This document shows, piece by piece, positions 56,093-64,000 of a DNA stretch of 64,000 nucleotides. A model generated the notes under the pieces. That model was not told the origin of the DNA and did not search any database. It was given only the letters and a program-made list of their open reading frames with translations. The first letter of the stretch is position 1. Each line of letters opens with the position of its first letter. The position numbers and the translations under genes are program-made. The DNA comes from an uncultured virus (IMG/VR IMGVR_UViG_3300027541_000721) (Duplodnaviria; Heunggongvirae; Uroviricota; Caudoviricetes), in the IMG/VR virus record IMGVR_UViG_3300027541_000721, positions 1 through 64,000 of that record, one strand, 5' to 3'.

Positions 56093-56535
56093 AAAATTAT
56101 ATTCAAGGAAGATATTCACCAAAACTACCAGAAAAATATAATGGAAATCCATGTGAAATATATTATAGAAGTTCATATGAACTCAAAATGTTTCAATATT
56201 GTGATTTAAATGAAAATATAATTTATTGGGAAAGTGAAGAAAAAATCATTCATTATCTTGATCCAATTACTGGAAAATATAAAAGATACTTTCCAGATAT
56301 ATTCATCAAATATAAAGATAAAACTGGAAATATAAGAAAAGCACTTATTGAAATAAAACCAGCTAAAGATTTAATAGAACCTGAAAAAAATCCAAAAAGA
56401 AAAACCAAATCATGGGTATATAAAGTTCAAACGTGGGTGAGGAACAATGCAAAATGGGAAGCAGCTAAAAAAACATGTGAGCAAAATGGTTGGGAATTTC
56501 GTGTATTTACTGAAAAAGAATTAGGAATAAAATAA
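56089..56535 (+). CDS. gp4: Head completion nuclease gp4
   Basis: P..P.KY.G....I.YRSS.E.....CD.N..I..W.SE...Y.PD......EIKP...N.AKW.AA...C...GW.F...TE.ELG. Confidence 0.9.
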   Translation: MKNYIQGRYSPKLPEKYNGNPCEIYYRSSYELKMFQYCDLNENIIYWESEEKIIHYLDPITGKYKRYFPDIFIKYKDKTGNIRKALIEIKPAKDLIEPEKNPKRKTKSWVYKVQTWVRNNAKWEAAKKTCEQNGWEFRVFTEKELGIK

Positions 56536-57050
56536 TGATCTCAGAAGATATAACAAAAAGAACTGGTGGAAAATATCAAAGTGGAAATTGGTGGACCAAT
56601 GCACTTATGAATGAATTGAGTTCATATCAAAAAAAGAATATAAATGAGTTAGATACCTATTTTATATCACCGGGAGATCTAGTATTCTTCTTATATTCTG
56701 CACAATATCCACAAAAATATCAATTCTGGGATCAACATCCATTAGTCTATGTGATTGAAGTAAATCCAAGAAAAGGTTTATTTTTAGGATCAAATGTTCA
56801 CTACTTAAGTCCAGCATACAGAGGTGCTGTCACTAAATCTTATCTAAATAAAAAAGGAACTGTAAATGCACCCAGAAAAACATTAAAGAATTACCTTTTT
56901 GGTAATGTAGTTACTGATTTCTATAAAGTTCCCGAAGAAGATTGGGAGGGTGTTTCATTATTACCAACTGAAAGTTTTGTTGATAAAAAAGGACAAAAAG
57001 TTCCCAAATATAAAGTTTGGGATTATCCAGATTCACTTTCTTCCCCATAA
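56535..57050 (+). CDS. gp2: DNA end protector gp2-like
   Basis: PG....F.Y.A.......WD..PLV.......F.G.N.HYL....R...Y....V......VP..DW....LLP.E.F...VW. Confidence 0.75.
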   Translation: MISEDITKRTGGKYQSGNWWTNALMNELSSYQKKNINELDTYFISPGDLVFFLYSAQYPQKYQFWDQHPLVYVIEVNPRKGLFLGSNVHYLSPAYRGAVTKSYLNKKGTVNAPRKTLKNYLFGNVVTDFYKVPEEDWEGVSLLPTESFVDKKGQKVPKYKVWDYPDSLSSP

Positions 57051-58522
57051 TGGCATATCAATATCTAAATGACAATCGATATAGATGTGAAACATGTGGT
57101 CCACTTGGACTTCAACTTGCATTGCAATATGACCCCAAAACTGGAGACTATAGGTTAGTAGAAAAAAATCTATTGGGAACTGGGTCAGCAGTATTCTATC
57201 AGAATGGTGTATGGTACTCTGATGCAATAAGAGATCCAAAATTATTTGAGGATGGGGATCCAAATAAACCAACAGCATTATCTAGACAACTAAGTGAAAA
57301 TCTTAGAAAAGAAGTGTATTCTGCATATCAAGCTTATGGTGGACAAAATAAAGGAAATAAAGTAAACAACTCTGCATTACCACAAAATCAAAAAGCAGAT
57401 CCTGGAGTAACAAATGCATATCCTGGAACTTCACCTACAGTCCCAGGTCCACTTTCTGCTCCACCTGGACAAGGAAATTTATTAGATCCAGGATTGTCTA
57501 TAGATGTTACAGAATATTTTGGTGGTGATAATTTAAAAACTATAGTAAAAGATAAAGCAAATTTATTATATCCATTAGATATTTTAAAGACACAACAAGA
57601 TACACTTCAAATCACACAATTTACATATAAAGCACCAAGGGGTGAAACATTTTTAACTAATAAACCAATAGATACTTTAACTCAAGGAGTTCAAAGGAAT
57701 TCTGCGTTAAGAGATCTAATTGGTACTGTAGTATTACCAATACCAAATAATGCTATGGATAGTAATAACGTGAGTTGGGGTTCTGATCATATGAACAATC
57801 TTACTGCTGCAGTTACTGCTTCATATATTCAAAATCCAGGTGCAGCTTTAACTGGAACAATGGCAGCACAAATTCCACAACTTGCCGGATTACCAATTCC
57901 ACCTGCAGCACTAGCACAAATAGGTGCCATTATGGGTGCAGGTGGACTTCAAGCATTAAATAATCCTCAAGCAAAAACTGCATTATTATCATTATTATTA
58001 AACCAAGCAAACTTCCAAGTTTCTCCAGAGAGTATTCTTGCAAGAGGATTTGGTGTTATTCCAAACTCAAATCTTGAATTATTATTCAATAGTCCAACTA
58101 TAAGACAATTTTCGTTTGCTTATAGATTAAGTCCAAGAAGTGAAGAGGAATCTAGGAATGTTAGAAAAATTATTAGATTTTTCAAGCAAGGAATGGCACC
58201 TAGAAAAATAACATCTCAAGCAGGAGGAAACTCCCTTTTACTAGGAACTCCAAATGTATTTAAATTACAATATAAAACTGTTGGAGATCAAGAAATTGAA
58301 GGTATGAATAAATTTAAAATATGTGCTTTAGTAGGATACTCAGTAAATTATAGTCCAGATGGACAATGGGCAGCATATGATAAAGGACAACCAGTGTCTG
58401 TAACTATGAACATGCAGTTTGAAGAGTTGGAACCAATTTACAATACCGATTATCAAGAAAGTGGACCACTGATCACCAGTGGAGATCAATCAAAAGTAGG
58501 TCCAAACGACGTAGGATACTGA
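57050..58522 (+). CDS. gp48: Baseplate tail tube cap gp48 (start MAYQY, TAATG-coupled to gp2)
   Basis: L.YP......D...I...V.LP.P....D.N.V.W...NLELLF..P..R.F.F...L.PRS..E...V..IIRFFK..MAP...V.Y.PDG. Confidence 0.88.
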   Translation: MAYQYLNDNRYRCETCGPLGLQLALQYDPKTGDYRLVEKNLLGTGSAVFYQNGVWYSDAIRDPKLFEDGDPNKPTALSRQLSENLRKEVYSAYQAYGGQNKGNKVNNSALPQNQKADPGVTNAYPGTSPTVPGPLSAPPGQGNLLDPGLSIDVTEYFGGDNLKTIVKDKANLLYPLDILKTQQDTLQITQFTYKAPRGETFLTNKPIDTLTQGVQRNSALRDLIGTVVLPIPNNAMDSNNVSWGSDHMNNLTAAVTASYIQNPGAALTGTMAAQIPQLAGLPIPPAALAQIGAIMGAGGLQALNNPQAKTALLSLLLNQANFQVSPESILARGFGVIPNSNLELLFNSPTIRQFSFAYRLSPRSEEESRNVRKIIRFFKQGMAPRKITSQAGGNSLLLGTPNVFKLQYKTVGDQEIEGMNKFKICALVGYSVNYSPDGQWAAYDKGQPVSVTMNMQFEELEPIYNTDYQESGPLITSGDQSKVGPNDVGY

Positions 58523-58523
58523 T

Positions 58524-59360
58524 ATGGCATACTTTAACGAACTACCAAATTTACAATACGTTTCAAGATTTCCAAATCAATCTTCAAACGAAGATGTTAC
58601 TCTGACAAAAAATCTTTTTAAAAGAGCAAAACTTCGTGAAGATATTGCCAATGTAGCAACTGCTTTCGATTATTATCAAATAAAAGGAAATGAAAGAGCA
58701 GATCAAATAGCAGAAAGAGTTTATGGTGATTCCGAATTAGATTGGGTAATATTAATTACAAACAATATCACAAATGTTCAAGATCAATGGCCTTTAGATG
58801 ATGTAAGTTTCAGGAAACATCTTTTAGAAAAATATGGTTCTGAAGACAATTTATATAAAAGAAAGCATTATGAAACTATTGAAAGTCGTGATGAATATAA
58901 TCGTGTAGTAGTTCCTGGAGGACTAGTCGTAGATGATGATATTAGTCAAGAATTTAAAACTACGGAAGAAAAGACTACATATAATCTTACATCATTCCCA
59001 AACACTACTCAACCATTAACTGTAAGTATAAATTTAAATCAAAAGATAAAAGTTACAAGTAGAGGAAATAAAACTAGTGATGTAATTATTGATGATATTA
59101 ACATCACAACTTCAGTAATTTATGTAAGAGGTAAAGATAGAATTAGTAAAAGATCTGTAGTATTCCCAAATACTTTAAATGAATGGCCTAGAAGTTGGGG
59201 TGGTTCATTATCAATTAAACAAAGAAATGGAAATCAAATAAAAATTGATGTAGATGATATGATTGGAACTAAGGACATAAATATAGATACTCGATTATAT
59301 GAAATTGTAGGAGAAGAATCTCCTACAGGTGGCATCACACCAGCATTCAGATTTAAATAA
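58524..59360 (+). CDS. gp53: Baseplate wedge gp53, N-terminal part with an extra C-terminal domain
   Basis: MAYF.ELPN..Y...KNLFKR.KLR.D....Y.I...ER.D.IA...YGD..LDWVIL..NNI.....WP. Confidence 0.85.
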   Translation: MAYFNELPNLQYVSRFPNQSSNEDVTLTKNLFKRAKLREDIANVATAFDYYQIKGNERADQIAERVYGDSELDWVILITNNITNVQDQWPLDDVSFRKHLLEKYGSEDNLYKRKHYETIESRDEYNRVVVPGGLVVDDDISQEFKTTEEKTTYNLTSFPNTTQPLTVSINLNQKIKVTSRGNKTSDVIIDDINITTSVIYVRGKDRISKRSVVFPNTLNEWPRSWGGSLSIKQRNGNQIKIDVDDMIGTKDINIDTRLYEIVGEESPTGGITPAFRFK

Positions 59361-59362
59361 AA

Positions 59363-59650
59363 ATGTCAACTCCATTACCAGGACTAACGATTAAAATTAC
59401 ATCTGAAACAGAATTAGAATATTTGAATACACAATATCAAATTATTCAAATTAGAAATCAAATTAAAGAAGTTACTAATTATGAATATGAATTAAGAGAA
59501 AGAGAAAATAAAAGACAAATTTTAATTTTAAAACCTGAATATCTATCAGTAATGCTAAGTGATATGAGAAACATTATGAAGTATGGTCCATCATCTCAAT
59601 ACATAGATGATAAAACTAAAAAAGTATATAATCCTAAATTAAAAAGTTAA
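59363..59650 (+). CDS. gp53: Baseplate wedge gp53, C-terminal part (split gene)
   Basis: VTNYEYE....E.KR.I..LKP.YL......M..IM.Y..SSQY is the usual gp53 C-terminus. Confidence 0.7.
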   Translation: MSTPLPGLTIKITSETELEYLNTQYQIIQIRNQIKEVTNYEYELRERENKRQILILKPEYLSVMLSDMRNIMKYGPSSQYIDDKTKKVYNPKLKS

Positions 59651-59677
59651 AAAAAGACCCCCAACTGGGGGTCTTTT
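59649..59677. terminator. Bidirectional intrinsic terminator between convergent gp53 and gp32
   Basis: AAAAAAAGACCCCCA-AC-TGGGGGTCTTTT with A/T tracts on both sides. Confidence 0.9.
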
Positions 59678-59684
59678 AATTTAA

Positions 59685-60614
59685 TCACATCTCAGCAAGT
59701 TTCGAGAAATAATCTAGTGCATTATCTTCATCCTCATCTTCATCATCTTCAATGACAGTTGGTTTAGAAGATTTTGTTGGTGAAGATTTTTTCTCCATGA
59801 GTTTTTCATACTCATCTTCAACTTCATCTTCAACCTCAGGATCAATTTGCTTACGATTATTAGAACTCTTAAGTCCAAGAACCAGGTCTAGACGATTCTT
59901 CAAGTCATCATAAGATTTAAATTTCTCGGGATCAACAAAATCATTCAAGTTGTAGAGTGTATCATAAACTTTCTTAAGTTCATCATCATCTCCATCAAGA
60001 AACTCCGAGGGTGTAGAAAATTCAGATTTATCATAGTTCCAATAACCATCAACCTTACAGATCTTCAGTTTAAAATCTGCACCTGACCAGAAATCAAATG
60101 GGTTGATTGCTTCTTCATCTTGAAACTTAGGACGAAGTGCGGCATCAATCTTTTCAAAGATTTTTTTACCGTACTTAAAGATTTTAACCTTACCTTCATT
60201 TTCAGGATTAGCAGGATCTTTAATGATATAAACGTTAGAGTAATAAGAAAGTTTCCTCTTACGATCCCTTACAATGTTCTGTTTTTCTTTGCTACCAGTA
60301 TTCCAGTCTTCCCTATTATGATCACAGACTGGACATTTACGACTAAGTGTAGTTGGACAATTATCAATTAACCATTGTCCACTAGGACCCTGGAAAGCAT
60401 GATTGAATACTTGCACATACTCATCATCCCAATCACCCCCAGCAGGCATAAAACGAATTACTGCATACCCTGTGCCACTCTTATCCATGGAAGGTTTCCA
60501 AAACCTTTCATCATCAGATCCCCCACCACCATCATTAAGCTTTTCAACTTGTTTAATGAGTTTCTCAGTAAGAGAACCCATTTTAGATTGCTTTTTAAGA
60601 TTAGCAAAGCTCAT
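59685..60614 (-). CDS. gp32: Single-stranded DNA-binding protein gp32
   Basis: MSFANLKK...D.RFWKP..DK.G.GYAVIRF.P...H.FQG...W.I.NC..T....CPVC..N...RKRKLSYYSN; GAGG SD before ATG 60614; acidic tail. Confidence 0.95.
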   Translation of the reverse strand: MSFANLKKQSKMGSLTEKLIKQVEKLNDGGGGSDDERFWKPSMDKSGTGYAVIRFMPAGGDWDDEYVQVFNHAFQGPSGQWLIDNCPTTLSRKCPVCDHNREDWNTGSKEKQNIVRDRKRKLSYYSNVYIIKDPANPENEGKVKIFKYGKKIFEKIDAALRPKFQDEEAINPFDFWSGADFKLKICKVDGYWNYDKSEFSTPSEFLDGDDDELKKVYDTLYNLNDFVDPEKFKSYDDLKNRLDLVLGLKSSNNRKQIDPEVEDEVEDEYEKLMEKKSSPTKSSKPTVIEDDEDEDEDNALDYFSKLAEM

Positions 60615-60684
60615 TGTTTTACCTCGTATTAAGTGTATTTGGCCTTTTTGACTTAGCTTGGATGCGGATTGTCTAGCCGCAATC

Positions 60685-60713
60685 ATCATATCACAGTTCC
60701 AATCCTTCTTCAA
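60685..60713 (-). promoter_or_regulatory. Sigma70-type promoter for gp32 with extended -10
   Basis: TTGAAG, 17 nt ending TGA, TATGAT; overlaps the end of the upstream ORF. Confidence 0.55.
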
Positions 60714-61023
60714 GTTTATTGATGGTCCCCTGAAGAAGCTCGAAAAATTCGTCCATCCCCTGTCCCTCTAGTAAACCAAACATTCGTGCAGATTGCAAGA
60801 TTTTATCTCGGGTCTCTTTAGCCTCGGGATCATCAGAAAGAGACATTCTAAAGAAAAGCAATTTTTGCTTCTCAAGAAAATCTTTCATCAATTGAAGATG
60901 TCCTCTCTTCTGTTCCTTTGCCATATAAGGAAGATATAAAACTTGCCGAACCAATTCCTTTTGCATTTCAGCAAGTTCATTAAGTGTTTCTCTCACTATT
61001 TCTGAACTAAAAAAATCACTCAC
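60691..61023 (-). CDS. DUF1825-like protein
   Basis: FF.SEIV...L......Q......KQK....R.SLSDDP.A; usual position between gp59 and gp32. Confidence 0.7.
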   Translation of the reverse strand: MSDFFSSEIVRETLNELAEMQKELVRQVLYLPYMAKEQKRGHLQLMKDFLEKQKLLFFRMSLSDDPEAKETRDKILQSARMFGLLEGQGMDEFFELLQGTINKLEEGLEL

Positions 61024-61609
61024 AAATGGTCTCCTTCAAAATCTTTGAATACTTCTTAATATCTATATTTAGAAATGGTTTATACTTTTTAATTTTCATT
61101 CCCAAAACATCCCAAACTGGATCGTCTAAAATCTTATCGTAGTTATCTACGTAATTTAAAATATAATCAAGTATTACTAAAGTTTCAATAGATAATGCAC
61201 CTTGCAAGTGTTTTTTAATTAAATCTGAATGGACTCCATTTTTACAAAGAAAAAATTCATTAAAATTTTCTTTGTGAATAAAAACTGAAGATTCAGTTTG
61301 AAATGCGTAAGACATACTTTGCATTCTTTTTTTCCATTGCAAATATACTTCTTCTCCGTTTCTTATTATTTCAGAAATGTATACTTGCTGCGGATTGTCA
61401 CAATTAACAAAATTGGATACAAAAAAATCTCTTATGTCTTGTTCTGATTTTTTTCTAGATAACCTTTCAAAAAAATACTTGTCTGTCCTTTTATTGAAAG
61501 ATTCTACAGAAGCTCTAGACTTACCACAATACTTAAAGTAATCATATGTATCTTTAGTAAAATGATTTTTTAATGCTAAAAATAATTTATAAACTTCAAA
61601 AGGTGTCAC
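61016..61609 (-). CDS. gp59: Helicase loader gp59
   Basis: F.VY..FLALK.HF....YD.FKY.G....S...F.KR.D.YFF.R.S...IS.ETL..LD. Confidence 0.88.
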   Translation of the reverse strand: MTPFEVYKLFLALKNHFTKDTYDYFKYCGKSRASVESFNKRTDKYFFERLSRKKSEQDIRDFFVSNFVNCDNPQQVYISEIIRNGEEVYLQWKKRMQSMSYAFQTESSVFIHKENFNEFFLCKNGVHSDLIKKHLQGALSIETLVILDYILNYVDNYDKILDDPVWDVLGMKIKKYKPFLNIDIKKYSKILKETICE

Positions 61610-61610
61610 A

Positions 61611-61871
61611 TCAAATTACCATTTTAGTTTTTGTAGTTTTTTTCAAGAAATTTAATTGAGTTGCATTGTGTCTAAGTTTTTCTTTTAATGGTTTAGAAAT
61701 TAATTTAGGAATTGTTTCTATCTCAATATTGTTTTGCTCGCAATAATTTATAATTCCTTCAATGTAATCGCAATTATTTTCATGGACATATTTTTCAATG
61801 TCCAGTGCAAACTTTTCAGGAGATAAAAATTTTGTTTTTATAATTTCATCTACAGTAGTTGTATTGATCAT
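61611..61871 (-). CDS. gp33: Late transcription coactivator gp33
   Basis: F...IE..V......YI..I..YC..N.IE.E...KLISKPLKEKL...A..LNF.K.T. Confidence 0.88.
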   Translation of the reverse strand: MINTTTVDEIIKTKFLSPEKFALDIEKYVHENNCDYIEGIINYCEQNNIEIETIPKLISKPLKEKLRHNATQLNFLKKTTKTKMVI

Positions 61872-62539
61872 TTTGTATTTTCTTTTACGAAATGTTTGAT
61901 GTATCTTACCAGAAGTTTGATGTATTTTGCAAGGTCTCTCTCCTCATAAACTACAAGTTCTCCATTTTCACAAGCCATAATTATAACTAATTTTTTTGCT
62001 TGAATGCCTGTGAGTTCATAAAGCATACATGCATATGCAGTTGCTTGTACAAAATAGTTTTCAATCCACTCACGAGGTTTTGGTTTTTTAGAAGACTTGT
62101 AATCTATAATAGAAATTTCACCGTCGAATTCTGCTATTGTATCAGCAGTTCCTGCAATACCAAGATATTTACTATAAAGACCTATTTCAATTCCATAGAT
62201 CTTTCCAATTCTATCCAGAGCAGGTTTTATGATATTGAACAAATTAGTTGCAATTTCTGTGGTGTCTTTAGGCAAATCCTCATTTGAAATATAATGTTCA
62301 ACTAAGGTGTGCATATCAGTTCCACGAGTAGTTGCTGCTTTTGTAATGCGATCAGCTTCAGCATTTCCTACTCGTCTTCTCCAATTTTCAAAAATCAAAC
62401 GATTATAGAAACTAGTAACAGATGTAATAGAAACTAAACGAAGAAGATCATCTTCGTCTGGAACTTTATAATATCTAACTCCATCAATCATCTCCCTCTC
62501 TAATGGAAGGAGATCTAATTTAACATGTTCAAATTTCAC
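61868..62539 (-). CDS. PD-(D/E)XK exonuclease
   Basis: SIT.V.....WR.RVG..EA......A..RGT..H...E...AGT.D.IAE.DG...IIDYK.S.K.K...W...YF.Q..AY. Confidence 0.85.
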   Translation of the reverse strand: MKFEHVKLDLLPLEREMIDGVRYYKVPDEDDLLRLVSITSVTSFYNRLIFENWRRRVGNAEADRITKAATTRGTDMHTLVEHYISNEDLPKDTTEIATNLFNIIKPALDRIGKIYGIEIGLYSKYLGIAGTADTIAEFDGEISIIDYKSSKKPKPREWIENYFVQATAYACMLYELTGIQAKKLVIIMACENGELVVYEERDLAKYIKLLVRYIKHFVKENTK

Positions 62540-63297
62540 AATCCAAGTTCTCTTTTTGCTAAAATAAATTCTTTCACTAGACCGGAACGTACAATATCTT
62601 CTACTCCGAATTCAACAATATCCACTGATGGCATAATTTGCAAAACTCGAATAAAATCGTGGATTCCGTTCTTTTCGTTTGTTTTAATTAAATCACTTTG
62701 CTCAGCATCACCACTAAACATAATCTTACAGTTTTCACCAACTCTAGTAATTAGTGAAGACAATTCATGGAAATTACAGTTTTGCATCTCATCAATAATA
62801 AGAATGCAATTATCAAAAGTAGTTCCACGTAAGAATGATGTGCTCCAAAAACTGATAGTCTCTTGTGCTTTCAAATTTCCATAAAGCATTTCAAAATCTG
62901 CTTCAGATGGAAGTTGGAACATGTATTTTACCATATTCTTATATGGTATTTCAAACAATTCGGATTTATCTTCATGCGATCCTGGAAGAAATCCGATTTC
63001 ACGAGTTTGAACCAGAGATCTTATGATATAAATTTTATCATAAGATGAAACTTCATTTAAAACTTCTCTTAGTGCTTTGTAAAGAAGAACAAATGTTTTT
63101 CCACTACCAGGAACACCATGTGCAACTATATGTTTACCCTCATCGTAAGAAGAAAATAATCTTTTTTGATTATCAGTCAATGGTTCAATATCTAAAAGCA
63201 AATCCAAATTAATTGGTTTTTTTCTTTTCATTTGCTTTGCAGTCATACCAGATCCGATTCCAGTATAATCACCACTAGTTCTTTTTCTTCTTGCCAT
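62536..63297 (-). CDS. phoH: PhoH-family ATPase (start probably MARRKR)
   Basis: PLT.NQ; G.PGSGKT P-loop; EIGFLPG...K; FLRGTTF...I..DE.QN; TR.GE......GD..QSD; DIVRSG.V. Confidence 0.93.
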   Translation of the reverse strand: MARRKRTSGDYTGIGSGMTAKQMKRKKPINLDLLLDIEPLTDNQKRLFSSYDEGKHIVAHGVPGSGKTFVLLYKALREVLNEVSSYDKIYIIRSLVQTREIGFLPGSHEDKSELFEIPYKNMVKYMFQLPSEADFEMLYGNLKAQETISFWSTSFLRGTTFDNCILIIDEMQNCNFHELSSLITRVGENCKIMFSGDAEQSDLIKTNEKNGIHDFIRVLQIMPSVDIVEFGVEDIVRSGLVKEFILAKRELGL

Positions 63298-63304
63298 AAA
63301 ATTT

Positions 63305-63556
63305 TTATCCAATTGGTTTTACTTTTGATCCAGGAACCTGAGAAACTTTACTTAGAACATCATTCCATCCAGGTTTGGATTTAACTAATTTATCTTTCCA
63401 TTCTCCAACTTCACCTGGAGTTGCACATCCTTCAGACCAATCCCTCTTCCATTCAGGATTCTCTGAATACCATTGCATAATATCATTGACACTCATCTCA
63501 ATGACTTTTTTTTCACCTGTTTCTTTATGAATTATTGGATAAATTGCCAAATTCAT
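63305..63556 (-). CDS. Conserved hypothetical protein upstream of phoH
   Basis: YP.....TGE.....MS......W...NP.W...GW..VL......PGS pattern; GGAGG SD. Confidence 0.75.
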   Translation of the reverse strand: MNLAIYPIIHKETGEKKVIEMSVNDIMQWYSENPEWKRDWSEGCATPGEVGEWKDKLVKSKPGWNDVLSKVSQVPGSKVKPIG

Positions 63557-63579
63557 TCCTCCATAGTACGTAAGGATAT

Positions 63580-63738
63580 TTATTCAATGCAAATGGATGG
63601 TGCATCATCACATTCAACACAATTTATGCACTCATCCATATCTGGATTTTCTTTAAGAAATCCTTGAAATTCTTCTTTGGTCATAAGAATTTTAAAAACA
63701 TGACCAGTAAGAGTATCTTTAATACAATAAGATTTCAT
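63580..63738 (-). CDS. Small Cys-rich protein, 52 aa, with CxxCxxC
   Basis: Hand-translated MKSYCIKDTLTGHVFKILMTKEEFQGFLKENPDMDECINCVECDDAPSICIE. Confidence 0.7.
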   Translation of the reverse strand: MKSYCIKDTLTGHVFKILMTKEEFQGFLKENPDMDECINCVECDDAPSICIE

Positions 63739-63763
63739 ATGATTTAATTCAAATAAACTTTAT

Positions 63764-64000
63764 TTATGGAGAAAGTCTTGCTTTATGAAGTCTCTTTTCT
63801 TCATAATAATCCCATACATTAGGTGCCCATCTTTTAAGAATAGGTGCAATTTGTTCAGTAAGTGCTTGAATCTCAAGTTGAGCATCTAGTTTTGCTCTAA
63901 GATCCATTAGGTGAAGAGCAGATCTGAGATTAAATGATACTACAAAATTTTGTCGGATTGCTTGTGCAAGATAATCACGAATGTGCTCTTCGCACATACC
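63764..64000 (-). CDS. thyX: Flavin-dependent thymidylate synthase, C-terminal part (5' end outside the window)
   Basis: E..R..L.......VV..NLRS..H..DLR....AQ.EI..L is the ThyX C-terminal signature; usual position upstream of phoH. Confidence 0.85.
   Translation of the reverse strand, partial: GMCEEHIRDYLAQAIRQNFVVSFNLRSALHLMDLRAKLDAQLEIQALTEQIAPILKRWAPNVWDYYEEKRLHKARLSP

Noticed and set aside
55387..56100. Group I intron in gp4 carrying the GIY-YIG ORF
   Set aside because: The ORF occupies almost the whole insert, no P/Q/R/S core elements are visible, and gp4 has its own coupled ATG.
59345..59365. Programmed -1 frameshift joining the two gp53 halves
   Set aside because: There is no correctly phased X XXY YYZ heptamer, and the -1 frame has a TAA just before the junction.
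60615..60713. 33-aa N-terminal extension of gp32 in the ORF track (likewise extensions of cp12, gp48, phoH and the DUF4376-like gene)
   Set aside because: The extensions overlap upstream genes or promoters; conserved N-termini, SD sequences or stop-start coupling point to the internal ATGs.
61868..62539. cas4 as part of a CRISPR system
   Set aside because: A stand-alone PD-(D/E)XK nuclease in the conserved phoH-gp33 context, lacking the four-Cys Fe-S motif of Cas4.

Overview
A 64 kb segment of a T4-like cyanomyovirus genome (AT-rich). A cyanobacterial host is inferred from cp12, phoH, a DUF1825-like gene and the cyanomyophage-type structural proteins. Almost all genes are on the minus strand. 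From right to left: (1) thyX (truncated), phoH, a PD-(D/E)XK nuclease, gp33, gp59, DUF1825 and gp32; (2) a plus-strand block of a GIY-YIG homing endonuclease, gp4, gp2, gp48 and a split gp53; (3) baseplate hub and tape-measure-like genes (gp54-like, gp26, gp51, two long proteins carrying lambda-type muramidase and M23 domains, gp27-like, cp12, gp5 and spike-like genes); (4) about 37 kb of large virion and fibre genes; (5) small early-type ORFs behind a consensus sigma70 promoter. Two accessory cassettes stand out, each pairing a repetitive fibre with potential modifying enzymes. The first is a 1389-aa fibre made of about 54 17-aa repeats (invariant frame, variable dipeptides, N-x-T/S sequons, many Cys/Tyr/Ser), followed by GT2, GT2-methyltransferase, GT9-like and sulfotransferase genes. 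The second is a collagen/polyglycine protein rich in X-Pro-Gly, flanked by three 2OG-Fe(II) oxygenase-fold genes, one apparently inactive. Other notable items are a promoter- and terminator-bounded ~70-nt candidate small RNA at ~35.7 kb, late promoters embedded in hairpins, and a homing endonuclease that appears to have split off the 5' end of gp4. All family assignments come from motif recognition by eye, with no database searches, and all counts are hand counts.
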